A DNA stretch of 64,000 bases from a virus (Duplodnaviria; Heunggongvirae; Uroviricota; Caudoviricetes): IMG/VR virus record IMGVR_UViG_3300042296_001032; one strand, 5' to 3'. Both the position numbers and the translations under genes were made by a program. The notes under the pieces are model-generated. The model worked only from the letters and a program-made list of their open reading frames with translations. It was not told the origin of the DNA and did not search any database. Positions 1 to 8,807 of this stretch are shown here, piece after piece (positions within the stretch are counted from its first letter, which is position 1; the number at the start of each line of letters is the position of its first letter).

Positions 1-241
1 TATCCACACAGTAAGAATCAACGTATTGTTCAAACTTTACTAACATACTTTTTAATAACGCAACACCTTCCGCTTCAGTAATCGCTTTGTCATTTAAGGT
101 TACTTTTTTACCGTCAGGGTAAAAAGTTGCTCCATACCCAATTGTTGGGATTTTAGCTGGACATAAATAAGGTTTTGACATAAATCCTTCAAAAGATTTA
201 ATTAAATCAATACCTTTCTCACTTGTTTTTGTAATTTTCAT
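1..241 (-). CDS. Phage lysozyme/endolysin (GH24), 3' end runs off the window
   Basis: Not in the ORF track. Translated by hand from ATG at 241: MKITKTSEKGIDLIKSFEGFMSKPYLCPAKIPTIGYGATFYPDG..., with the GH24 motif FEG-x8-C-x5-TIGYG. Confidence 0.9.
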   Translation of the reverse strand, partial: MKITKTSEKGIDLIKSFEGFMSKPYLCPAKIPTIGYGATFYPDGKKVTLNDKAITEAEGVALLKSMLVKFEQYVDSYCVD

Positions 242-249
242 AATGTTTT

Positions 250-262
250 TATTTATAAATAT
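250..262 (-). promoter_or_regulatory. ATATTTAT motif (putative phage late promoter) upstream of the lysozyme
   Basis: TATTTATAAATA palindrome at 250-261, about 10 nt upstream of the ATG at 241. The same octamer recurs before many genes. Confidence 0.55.
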
Positions 263-311
263 TCTTAGACATAAAAAAAACCCTAACTATATAAAGATGG
301 GGTTTAATAAA

Positions 312-695
312 TTAAATTTTTTTTATTTTAACATTCTCCTCACCGTTTAAGAGGCCTTTAATAAACATTTTACCATGATTTATTTGACCACCTAATTTAA
401 TAGAAGGACCATATTCATAATCAACAGTTAATTTTTTTCCGACTAATCTATTAAATTCTTTTTCAAGACCCCAATTAGGTTTCATACTACTATTAGACAT
501 AAATTCAAACCCACCTTCCTCTGGTTTAAAATAATATAAATCTTCGTTAGGGTTTCTACCTAATTGCCCAATATAAGTTATATCACCATGTGAAGTACTA
601 TATGTTACCTCAACTTTTTCTTCAGCCTCTTCTTTAAGAATTCTTTTGACAATTCTTGTTAAATCTAATTCTGTAAGTCTAATTACTTTTTTCAT
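312..695 (-). CDS. Hypothetical protein with N-terminal RLTExDLxRIVKRILKE motif (putative head-targeted protein)
   Basis: ORF track; ATATTTAT (701-708) lies 5 nt before the ATG. Confidence 0.6.
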   Translation of the reverse strand: MKKVIRLTELDLTRIVKRILKEEAEEKVEVTYSTSHGDITYIGQLGRNPNEDLYYFKPEEGGFEFMSNSSMKPNWGLEKEFNRLVGKKLTVDYEYGPSIKLGGQINHGKMFIKGLLNGEENVKIKKI

Positions 696-714
696 ATTAC
701 ATAAATATGATTAT

Positions 715-744
715 AAATAAAAAAACCCTCTTACTGAGGGTTTT
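715..744 (-). terminator. Rho-independent terminator
   Basis: Inverted repeat AAAACCCTC-ttact-GAGGGTTTT (722-744) followed on the minus strand by a T run. Confidence 0.65.
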
Positions 745-1057
745 CTTCGTTATGATTTGTATTTTTTTCTTTCTGTATTTTAGTAATCATCCATCCCGCG
801 ACCGCAAATTCCGCTGAAGCCCATAATAGAAATTCACCCATACTTAGTTTACTATGTTTTTCCATTAAAAAAAATATCATCCCCCATTGAGCTATAACAA
901 AAGCTACACCAGATTCAATTCTTTTTTTAGAAAAATAAGAATCACTAGCTGAATACATATTCATAACTTCAGTAAAAAACCATTTAATTTTTTCTGCTGC
1001 TACTGAATACCACTTCTTTTTTGTTGGTTCCGTGTTTATTTTTTTTTCATTTGCCAT
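731..1057 (-). CDS. Small membrane protein, putative holin
   Basis: Two hydrophobic segments (GVAFVIAQWGMIFFLM; FLLWASAEFAVAGWMI), charged C-tail, close to the lysozyme. Confidence 0.45.
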   Translation of the reverse strand: MANEKKINTEPTKKKWYSVAAEKIKWFFTEVMNMYSASDSYFSKKRIESGVAFVIAQWGMIFFLMEKHSKLSMGEFLLWASAEFAVAGWMITKIQKEKNTNHNEENPQ

Positions 1058-1062
1058 AGTGA

Positions 1063-2031
1063 TTATTTTTTCATTTGTCTAAATAATGTTTTAAACTTAT
1101 CTTCTTCGTTTTCTTTAACAATGTTTTTAGTGGAAATAGAATCCGATGCTTTATAACCCCACAAATGTTTCATTTTATCAATCGACTCACTAACTACCTT
1201 AGTATTTTTTTCGTGTGTAATAACCGCTTCACCGTCTTCTTCACCTTCCCAAATCAATCTATAATAGTTATTACCGTCAGTAACAGCAAATACTGTCTCA
1301 TCAATCTTAACTCTAGAAGGTAACTTTTCTGTTAATCTAATAACCTGTTCTTTTGATGTTATCTTACTTTTTGTTTTGAATATATTTTCTTCAATAACGT
1401 CAGAGTATTTTTTATCTGATTCAGCAATAGGTTTATCAGTTGTTCTAACTTTTGGTGAGTAGTGGTATTCATCAGGTGTTCCGTATTTGTGTTTTAAATA
1501 CTTTTCTGAATAACCTCTTAATTTTAGATATGTAGAGTCGTTACCGTTTAACTCATCTTGTCTTTTCACGAATTCATCGTGAACAGGTGTTCCTTCATTA
1601 TCATATTTTAGTGCTAACATACCAGGTCCTAAAGCTTCAGTATCATATACATCATAATCTTTTGTTTGGTCATCTTCTCTATTAACCTTTTTAGGTTTAA
1701 AAGCCTCACCAATTTGTGATGGTTCAGAAGTATCTGTCTTTTGGAAGTTTCTCATTCTATCCAAAACCATTTTGTAATACTCTTCAGCATCTTTCACATC
1801 TTCTTTATGTACTTTATTTAATGCTGGTTGTACAGTAGAAGTACCTAATTTAACAACACCACTTTCTTTGTCTTGGATTGACTCCATTGAACCAAATTGG
1901 CCTTTTTCAGCGTCAGAAAGGTTATCACTTTTGTGTTTAACACCAAAAGCAACTTCCATATCCTCAAATCCTTTAGTTTCAAGTAAAGTATTTAAGTTCT
2001 TTTTAACTAGTTTATTAATCTTATTTGACAT
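1063..2031 (-). CDS. Hypothetical protein
   Basis: 322-aa ORF; ATATTTAT at 2047-2054 upstream. Confidence 0.6.
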   Translation of the reverse strand: MSNKINKLVKKNLNTLLETKGFEDMEVAFGVKHKSDNLSDAEKGQFGSMESIQDKESGVVKLGTSTVQPALNKVHKEDVKDAEEYYKMVLDRMRNFQKTDTSEPSQIGEAFKPKKVNREDDQTKDYDVYDTEALGPGMLALKYDNEGTPVHDEFVKRQDELNGNDSTYLKLRGYSEKYLKHKYGTPDEYHYSPKVRTTDKPIAESDKKYSDVIEENIFKTKSKITSKEQVIRLTEKLPSRVKIDETVFAVTDGNNYYRLIWEGEEDGEAVITHEKNTKVVSESIDKMKHLWGYKASDSISTKNIVKENEEDKFKTLFRQMKK

Positions 2032-2056
2032 GTCTATGTTTTTATTATAAATATCT

Positions 2057-3685
2057 TTATTTATTGTTTAGTATCTTTAATTTGATTTTATCTAAGATAA
2101 TATTAAAAGGTAAACCAGTTTCTTTAGAGACTTTTTTAATACTTTCAAAGGTATTATTACTAAGTTCTAAAGGTTTATCTATTGCTCCCTGACTACACCA
2201 TGGTTGGTTATTATATTTAGCACATTTGTCTTTAATCTTAACAAATTTACCTCCTTTTGGGACAAACTTAATTTTATTTATTTCAGTAAATAAAGTGTTT
2301 TCACCTAGAATACCAGTATTATCTAATCTTTGGATGATTTTACCACCTTTCCATATAGGTTTTTTAGATGGTGTCCATTTCCCTTTCTTAGCTGCAAAAG
2401 CAGGACCTACAGGGAAACCACCACCAAATACAGAACCAAATGTTGTTGTTTCTTCTAAATCCTCTTTTTCCTTTTCTTTTTTCTTAGATTCTGAAAGTAA
2501 ATCATTTACAAAATTAGATACCTCTTCTTTCTTGATGGTTCTTGAATAGTGTCTATTACGAAAATGTTCAGCGGGTTCTTCTGATTTTTGGTTTTTTAAA
2601 GTTACCCCTTTTTGTAATGATGTTTTCCAATCATTATTTGGTGGACTAACGTTAAGGTCAAACCCCTTGTCAATTGTAATAACAGATTGTTTATATTTTT
2701 TAGGGTTTTTATAAACGTCTTTTTGAAATTGCGTCATATCACCGTCAATATGAACCTCTAATTGGTCGTCGTCCCAAGTTTCGTTTGTTTTGGCATAAGG
2801 GTCTGTTATAACACCACCATTGTATGTTGGTATTTTTTGCCACCACCAATCTTCTATTTCATTATTATCAGCTTTTCTTTTAGGTGAAGGCCAAGGTGGA
2901 CTCATATCCTCCTTTGTACCCCAACCCAATAAATTAGCTACCACAAAATCTACCGTTGCTGAAATAGCACTTGTGGTAGTTTCTTCTTTCATTAAATCTT
3001 TTACTTTAATGATTTTGTTTTCGTTTGTTTTTTTGGTACCACCTAATGAACCTGTAAATGCATAACCTGATGCACCAGCTAAACCATTTCCTCCACCGGC
3101 TGTCATAGTTTCTTCTAACTCACCCTCTTTTTTATGTTTCTTCCGAAAGTTTTCAAGTTCTTTGTAGTTATATTTTTTAGATTTGTTATCGTAACCACAA
3201 TCATGACATAAGTATGGGTGTTTTTCTTTTGGTTCTATGTCCCAAGAATGGTCACACATTTCACAATCAACCTCTTTTGATAGATTTTTTTCCTCAGATT
3301 CAGATTTTACACCAAGTTTTTTCATTGGTGCTTTAAACTTTTTTGATAGATTTTTTCCTGCTGGAGTTGCCTTACTATTATTTAAAATAGGTTTATCTTC
3401 AGCCTCAAAAACATTAAAATCTACCTGGTCTTTTAAAGATGGTAATAACGTATAAGTGTCTATATTAGGTATAATCCCCATTGTACTCCCGTTGTCCCAC
3501 TTAACATGTAAGGTACCAATGTCATCTATTTTATATATAGTACCTTCTAAATCTTTTTTTACTGCACTTACATCAGGTTTCCATTCAGAATTTTTTTTAG
3601 ATGGATTGTTGGCATCAAATTCACCCATACGGATTCTCATCCCTACTTTAGCTATTGGGTCTCTATTAATTAAATTATATGACAT
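2057..3685 (-). CDS. Multi-module protein: DUF4314-like N-terminus, CxxC..CxxC zinc ribbon, repeated EETxT motifs
   Basis: GTIYKIDDIGTLHVKWDNGSTMGI resembles DUF4314; CEMC...CHDC; LEETMT, KEETTT and LEETTT motifs. Confidence 0.55.
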   Translation of the reverse strand: MSYNLINRDPIAKVGMRIRMGEFDANNPSKKNSEWKPDVSAVKKDLEGTIYKIDDIGTLHVKWDNGSTMGIIPNIDTYTLLPSLKDQVDFNVFEAEDKPILNNSKATPAGKNLSKKFKAPMKKLGVKSESEEKNLSKEVDCEMCDHSWDIEPKEKHPYLCHDCGYDNKSKKYNYKELENFRKKHKKEGELEETMTAGGGNGLAGASGYAFTGSLGGTKKTNENKIIKVKDLMKEETTTSAISATVDFVVANLLGWGTKEDMSPPWPSPKRKADNNEIEDWWWQKIPTYNGGVITDPYAKTNETWDDDQLEVHIDGDMTQFQKDVYKNPKKYKQSVITIDKGFDLNVSPPNNDWKTSLQKGVTLKNQKSEEPAEHFRNRHYSRTIKKEEVSNFVNDLLSESKKKEKEKEDLEETTTFGSVFGGGFPVGPAFAAKKGKWTPSKKPIWKGGKIIQRLDNTGILGENTLFTEINKIKFVPKGGKFVKIKDKCAKYNNQPWCSQGAIDKPLELSNNTFESIKKVSKETGLPFNIILDKIKLKILNNK

Positions 3686-3954
3686 TATATGTTATCTAAT
3701 TTATTAGCCCAAAAACTTCTTCTAGTCCAAAGGGTTTTATAGAATTGTACTAATACTTTTTGTGTGATATCAGCAACTTCTTTTTGGGTTGCTTTATCGT
3801 TTTTAAGTTGTTTTTTAACAATATCCTCTATCTTTGATTTGATGTTGGAACTTTTAAGCATGTCTTCAAACTCGGTCCTTGCTATTTTTTTAATTTCAGC
3901 TTTATCGGCACGAGTTAGTTCTTCCTTAAGGACTTGTTTAATAAGACTTTTCAT
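3685..3954 (-). CDS. Small hypothetical protein (N-terminal LIKQVLKEE motif)
   Basis: ORF track; TAATG overlap with the next gene. Confidence 0.6.
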   Translation of the reverse strand: MKSLIKQVLKEELTRADKAEIKKIARTEFEDMLKSSNIKSKIEDIVKKQLKNDKATQKEVADITQKVLVQFYKTLWTRRSFWANKLDNI

Positions 3955-3956
3955 TA

Positions 3957-4121
3957 TTAATTACGACTTCTTCTTTCTCTAAGTCTATTGAAATTTTCAG
4001 ATAGGTTAGCTTTTCTATTTTTTCTAGCCTCTTCTAACATTTGTTCTTTTTTAACTCTTTTTACGATGTTCTCTAATAGAGTTACGAATTCTTCTTCATT
4101 GTATCTTAATACCTTTGCCAT
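3957..4121 (-). CDS. Small hypothetical protein (start re-called at MAKVLRY)
   Basis: The track start (4187) runs through a terminator and an ATATTTAT site (4158-4165), so the ATG at 4121 is more plausible. Confidence 0.5.
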   Translation of the reverse strand: MAKVLRYNEEEFVTLLENIVKRVKKEQMLEEARKNRKANLSENFNRLRERRSRN

Positions 4122-4176
4122 TTTGTGTTTTTTTAATAATCGATTATTATTTATTAGATAAATATCTTCTGAGCAT

Positions 4177-4206
4177 AAAAAAACCACCTAAATTTTAAGT
4201 GGTTTT
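4177..4206 (-). terminator. Rho-independent terminator after the glutaredoxin
   Basis: AAAACCAC...GTGGTTTT stem with an A run on the left (U tract on the minus strand). Confidence 0.6.
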
Positions 4207-4216
4207 AATTTTTTAA

Positions 4217-4543
4217 TTATTTAATTATAATTTTTCGTTCTAAGAGTCTCGATAAGGTCTTACTAACCAACTCATTAACAGTTTCATATTCTTCCTCTTT
4301 AATCAAATAACCCTCCACTTCAACTTGTGGAACAAAGTCACTACCACCTTTTTCACTTAACATTTTCCACATAACGTCGTTACCATCCATACCGATATTT
4401 TCAAAAACAAGACCTATTTTATCAATCTTACTTTTAAACTCTTCACACGCTGGACAACCATCTAATGCGTAAACAATAACTTTTTTGTGACTGTTTTCTT
4501 GTATTTCTTCTATTAATCTTTTAACCTGTAAATTACTACTCAT
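4217..4543 (-). CDS. Glutaredoxin-like protein
   Basis: VIVYALDGCPAC active site and a later VPQV cis-Pro motif. Confidence 0.8.
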   Translation of the reverse strand: MSSNLQVKRLIEEIQENSHKKVIVYALDGCPACEEFKSKIDKIGLVFENIGMDGNDVMWKMLSEKGGSDFVPQVEVEGYLIKEEEYETVNELVSKTLSRLLERKIIIK

Positions 4544-4548
4544 GACAA

Positions 4549-5355
4549 TTATTTTTTCTTAAAAGTAACAAATCTGTAATAATAATTAAAGCCTATCGTA
4601 CTATTAGTTGTTCCATTAACTATTACTGAATGATTTTTAAAGAACCCACCTATACCTATTGAAAGTGCGTTAGTTGTTGGATTAGCAAATCCTTTTACAT
4701 AACCACCACCTAACATAAGTCCAAAATTACGTGGTTGTGGTACATATGGTGATGTAATGTCTTCAGGTTTAATAGCATTAACCTCCATTTTATCAACCTT
4801 TAACCATTCTGGTCCAATTAATCTACTATTCCATATACCTTTATCTGTTTCAGTTAAAATAATCTGTAAAGGTAATTTACCAAAAGTCCAGTCACCTTTA
4901 TAGAAAGCTGTCTTCTTATGTACTGTACCATCCCAAGAAATAAACCAATCTTTGTCGTTAGGGTATTTTAATTTTAAATCAATTAAATTACTATCACTAG
5001 GATTAATTTTACCAAAACCTTCCGAAACTTGTCCTTCTAGTGTAATCAATGTATTATTAATCATTAAAAGTTTTTCATCACTTTTTTTGATTGTTTTATA
5101 TAAATCTTTATTTTCTTCCTTTAATTGTTTAAGTAAATCTTTTTGGTCGTTGAAATTATTGACAAACTTAGAGTATTGCCCGTCTTTTTCTTTTATTAGT
5201 TTACTGTTTTTAACAATTTCTTTATTTGTTGCTCTAACTTGTTCATACAAGTCTTTTTCCATTTTAGTTTTTTCACATCTACTCATCATAAGTAAAATGA
5301 TTAAAAACATAATACCACCAAATAAAATGGTGTCTTTTAAATTAATACCTTTCAT
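4549..5355 (-). CDS. Membrane-anchored coiled-coil protein, spanin-like candidate
   Basis: N-terminal hydrophobic segment ending SRC, coiled coil, Gly/aromatic beta-rich C-terminus. Confidence 0.4.
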   Translation of the reverse strand: MKGINLKDTILFGGIMFLIILLMMSRCEKTKMEKDLYEQVRATNKEIVKNSKLIKEKDGQYSKFVNNFNDQKDLLKQLKEENKDLYKTIKKSDEKLLMINNTLITLEGQVSEGFGKINPSDSNLIDLKLKYPNDKDWFISWDGTVHKKTAFYKGDWTFGKLPLQIILTETDKGIWNSRLIGPEWLKVDKMEVNAIKPEDITSPYVPQPRNFGLMLGGGYVKGFANPTTNALSIGIGGFFKNHSVIVNGTTNSTIGFNYYYRFVTFKKK

Positions 5356-5357
5356 AA

Positions 5358-5909
5358 TTAAAATCCAAATCCTCCTGTTTCTTTACCTTCTGTACCTGCT
5401 TCTGTGGGTGCAGTTTCTACTGGTGTTTCTTCGGTTGTTTCTTCTGCTGAACCACCCGTTAATCTTGCTGACCATTCATCACTCCATACATCATAATAAC
5501 CTCTAAGTTTTTTAATAACTTCTAAAGTATCATCCGTTAATTGAATTGGTGCTGAAGTACCTCCATCTGTCATTGATTGAATATAACAACCAATTTTTTC
5601 ATCTAGTGAGTAGTTCCATTGAATCTTTTCTCTTACAAGATTTCCTGACCACTCAACGTTTTCTTTATGTACCTTAATTGGGTTAAATTTAACCAATTTA
5701 GATACAGTATCTTTAAACTTATTTTCTTCGTCTCTTTGTTCGTCAGGTTCAACTGTTTGTATATTAGTATTTTCCTCGTACTCTTTTAAAAGTCTTCTAA
5801 AACTAGAGTCTTTTAATGTAGATTTACCTACAGTAGATTCTGTTAGACCAATTTTTTGACCACTTTCTTGTAATTTTCTAATTTTGTCTAAAAATTTTCT
5901 ATCATCCAT
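5358..5909 (-). CDS. Hypothetical protein
   Basis: 183-aa ORF with an acidic Thr/Glu tail. Confidence 0.55.
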   Translation of the reverse strand: MDDRKFLDKIRKLQESGQKIGLTESTVGKSTLKDSSFRRLLKEYEENTNIQTVEPDEQRDEENKFKDTVSKLVKFNPIKVHKENVEWSGNLVREKIQWNYSLDEKIGCYIQSMTDGGTSAPIQLTDDTLEVIKKLRGYYDVWSDEWSARLTGGSAEETTEETPVETAPTEAGTEGKETGGFGF

Positions 5910-5910
5910 T

Positions 5911-6495
5911 TTATTTTATTTTTTCAAATTCAAAAGCCGGACTTACATCCGTTATATCCTTAAAGTAATTACTCCTAAAAGTTATTCCTTTAAATAAATC
6001 TATATTTTCATCATAAACATTATGACCAATAAATTTATTTTTAATATTATAGTTTTCACATAAATGATTTATTAAATAATTAAGGGAATCAAACTGTTTT
6101 TCGGTGTATTTTATCCAATATTTATAGTTCCTCCAATTCTTTTCTAATAAATCACTATTTTTACTATAAGTATGCCCTAACCAGTCAACAAACACGTTCA
6201 TATCGTTTAATTTTACCCAACCTTCGTTAACTAATACTATTGATATATTACATTTATCTTGTTCACAACCTAAAAAATCTGAATAGTATTTTGGGTCGTA
6301 ATGTTTATAAATAGAACCATCCTTATCTATTGAGAAGGTGGCTGTTTTTTTATAACCACCATTTCTCCTATTAATCCATGAATGGTAGTGACGCATATCT
6401 TTTCTACTATTATGACCAACTACTATTTGAGTTTTTTCGTAGGTTTGTTTGTAGTAATTATTTTCACCTAAAAGATATGATATTTCGTTAATCAT
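5911..6495 (-). CDS. Amidase_2 (N-acetylmuramoyl-L-alanine amidase) fold protein, possibly inactive
   Basis: Order of motifs QIVVGH, FSIDKDGSI, ISIVLVN, YTEKQFDSL, IGH, DVSP matches AmpD/T7-lysozyme-type amidases. Confidence 0.65.
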   Translation of the reverse strand: MINEISYLLGENNYYKQTYEKTQIVVGHNSRKDMRHYHSWINRRNGGYKKTATFSIDKDGSIYKHYDPKYYSDFLGCEQDKCNISIVLVNEGWVKLNDMNVFVDWLGHTYSKNSDLLEKNWRNYKYWIKYTEKQFDSLNYLINHLCENYNIKNKFIGHNVYDENIDLFKGITFRSNYFKDITDVSPAFEFEKIK

Positions 6496-7454
6496 TAACC
6501 TAATCTATCGATAGTGTTATTTTTTTTGATTATTCTATTCCAACTTTTAGTTAATTCATCACCCAAAGTTTTTCCAGCTTTAATATCTGTTCCAACTTCA
6601 ACTACTCTAGTGTCTCCTGTCATGGGAATAATTATTTCATCTTCAGGATTTTCTTCTTCAACTAACAATGGTTGTTCATCATCCTCCTCATTAATTTCTT
6701 CTAGTCTATATTCAGAATTAGCTAAAGTGGTAGGTTCAGATGAATCATCCTCTTCTGTTGTTTCAGGTAATTTACTTTCTTCTCTTAATTCCTCAACTTT
6801 TGCCCAAACTTTTTTAACCTCTTTATTAAGAGTCTCATTTATTTCGATTAAAGCCTCTTCCTTTGTAGGTAAATAAACCTCTTCTTGAAACAAGTTTTCA
6901 TCTTCTTTTGGGGAATTGGTTTCTTCAATTTGTACTTGATTTACAGTAATTACCTCTTCATTTGGAGAAATCTCTTCCTTTTTTGGGGAATTAGATTTTT
7001 CATACTTAACAAAGAAATGTAGTGAGGTTAGTGATATAATAGGTAGTAATCCACCCTCTAAAAATGCCAACCATCTTTTCATGGAAACAACATCGGTAGA
7101 ATCTGAACCAATCATATCCCAAAGTGGACCCGTAAGTTCAACCCAAGATTTAAATAAAGAACCGTTTGCGTCAATTTCTTTAAATGAGAAGAATATGTTA
7201 CCAATCATTTGGATTAGTGTAATCAATCCAAACATAAACCAAACCCCACCTTTCATTTTATTTGTTGCTGCGACCAAAGCTGTCATAGCACCTATTTCAA
7301 TAGCGACTGATAAGTAAACTGCCCAACTAAATGGGTTAGTAATATCATACCAAGAAACAACGTGTGAAATAGAAATTCCTGCTACCAATATAATAGGTAA
7401 CAAGAACATACTTCTGTTTGGGTTGTCCTTAACCCAATTAATTATTTTTCTCAT
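6495..7454 (-). CDS. Multi-pass membrane protein with acidic low-complexity C-terminus
   Basis: About four hydrophobic segments in the first 150 aa, Glu-rich tail. Confidence 0.6.
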   Translation of the reverse strand: MRKIINWVKDNPNRSMFLLPIILVAGISISHVVSWYDITNPFSWAVYLSVAIEIGAMTALVAATNKMKGGVWFMFGLITLIQMIGNIFFSFKEIDANGSLFKSWVELTGPLWDMIGSDSTDVVSMKRWLAFLEGGLLPIISLTSLHFFVKYEKSNSPKKEEISPNEEVITVNQVQIEETNSPKEDENLFQEEVYLPTKEEALIEINETLNKEVKKVWAKVEELREESKLPETTEEDDSSEPTTLANSEYRLEEINEEDDEQPLLVEEENPEDEIIIPMTGDTRVVEVGTDIKAGKTLGDELTKSWNRIIKKNNTIDRLG

Positions 7455-7780
7455 TTTTCTAGTTCTTTAATATTTTTTTTCACAACCATATGGAGTTCCA
7501 TTAATTGGTCACCCCTGTCTTTAGAAGAAATATAATTATCATAATTTCTATGGACTCTAATTTTTTCCATTCTAATTACTTCAGAAATATTATTAATAGT
7601 GTCTTTTTGTCCGTTAACAACAGAAGTTAAACTATCAATAACTCTTTCATTTTTAGTTTTAATTTTATCCAACTTTCTTACCTCACCTGATTTAATACAA
7701 GAACGGAAAAAGAAGATAAATAATAATCCCGATAAAATGTAGATTTTATATTTTTTTACAAACTCAATAATTTTTTTCAT
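7451..7780 (-). CDS. Small membrane/lipoprotein-like coiled-coil protein
   Basis: Hydrophobic segment ILSGLLFIFFF followed by RSC, then coiled coil. Confidence 0.45.
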   Translation of the reverse strand: MKKIIEFVKKYKIYILSGLLFIFFFRSCIKSGEVRKLDKIKTKNERVIDSLTSVVNGQKDTINNISEVIRMEKIRVHRNYDNYISSKDRGDQLMELHMVVKKNIKELEK

Positions 7781-7840
7781 AGCCTTTTTATTTTTAATTT
7801 TAATTAATTTTATTTTAAAAGTATATCGTTTAATACTTAT

Positions 7841-7852
7841 ATAAATATTTAT
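7841..7852. promoter_or_regulatory. Palindromic double ATATTTAT site between divergent genes
   Basis: ATAAATATTTAT gives the octamer on both strands; the plus-strand copy is 5 nt before the ATG at 7858. Confidence 0.55.
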
Positions 7853-7857
7853 AAAAT

Positions 7858-8253
7858 ATGAATATTAAATCTTTAATAAAAGAAACTATCTTAAGGGAAG
7901 AAAAATTTCATGAGTTAAGTAGTGAAATTACTTTTACTTTTGACTTATATCATGATACAGGTGGTCATACAGCACAAAGAAAATGGAGACACGGGAGTGG
8001 TGAAAAAATATATGATTATGACATTATTAACCTACTTGAGGATGCTAAAGATGAAATAATTTATAGTATTATAGATAATGAAATAAGACCTAATAGAAGA
8101 TTTATAGTTTCAAGAGAAGGTGGTGATAATTTAAATGTTATTATTAATCCTGAAAAATTAGAAACAAATCATTGGAATCTGGTCACAATCACCGTGATGA
8201 AAAAACCTGATTTTACTGTAAGTGCTGGACAATTACAAATATTTGTTCCATAA
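7858..8253 (+). CDS. Hypothetical protein; only credible plus-strand gene
   Basis: ATG start, own ATATTTAT site, terminator directly after the stop, not overlapped by a minus-strand gene. Confidence 0.7.
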   Translation: MNIKSLIKETILREEKFHELSSEITFTFDLYHDTGGHTAQRKWRHGSGEKIYDYDIINLLEDAKDEIIYSIIDNEIRPNRRFIVSREGGDNLNVIINPEKLETNHWNLVTITVMKKPDFTVSAGQLQIFVP

Positions 8254-8254
8254 T

Positions 8255-8287
8255 AAAAAAAACCACAACATTAATTGTGGTTTTTTT
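8255..8287. terminator. Bidirectional Rho-independent terminator between convergent genes
   Basis: A8-CCACAA...TTGTGG-T7. Confidence 0.8.
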
Positions 8288-8292
8288 ATATT

Positions 8293-8784
8293 TTAATCAT
8301 ACAACCTTATTTCTATTCCTTGTTCATATAAAACATTATTAATGTAATCAACATTGTCCATTGTTACAACAGTAATACTCTCATCACTGCCCCTATACGC
8401 AACAACATCTTTACCACCTCCTGCGGCAGAAAGAGATAGATACCTTTGTACAAACACAACTGTTTTGTCATAAGTAAAAGCACTACTAGAAGGTGTAAAA
8501 GCACTAGTTAATGTCCCATAATATATACCTGCATCGATATACTCCCAAGTTATAACACCTAAAGTATTCTCTAATACCCTAGCTGTCGGAGCAATACCAA
8601 CACCACCCTGATTTAATAAAGCCGTATAAACTTTATAAGGTTGGCTAACTCCTATGTTACTTAAACCAGAACCATCACCATAATATGTTGTGGCTGATAA
8701 AGAATTAGTTACCGTTAAATCTCCACTAATTGTTTGTCCAGATAATAGACCGTCGTTATTATTAATAATGTATTGTGTAGACAT
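8293..8784 (-). CDS. Fibre/virion-associated protein, paralogue of 9600-10022
   Basis: Shared N-terminus (YII.N.D.LLS.Q.I.GDL.VTN..S..T.YGDGSGL). Confidence 0.5.
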   Translation of the reverse strand: MSTQYIINNNDGLLSGQTISGDLTVTNSLSATTYYGDGSGLSNIGVSQPYKVYTALLNQGGVGIAPTARVLENTLGVITWEYIDAGIYYGTLTSAFTPSSSAFTYDKTVVFVQRYLSLSAAGGGKDVVAYRGSDESITVVTMDNVDYINNVLYEQGIEIRLYD

Positions 8785-8807
8785 AATTTTCTTTTTATTA
8801 ATAAATT

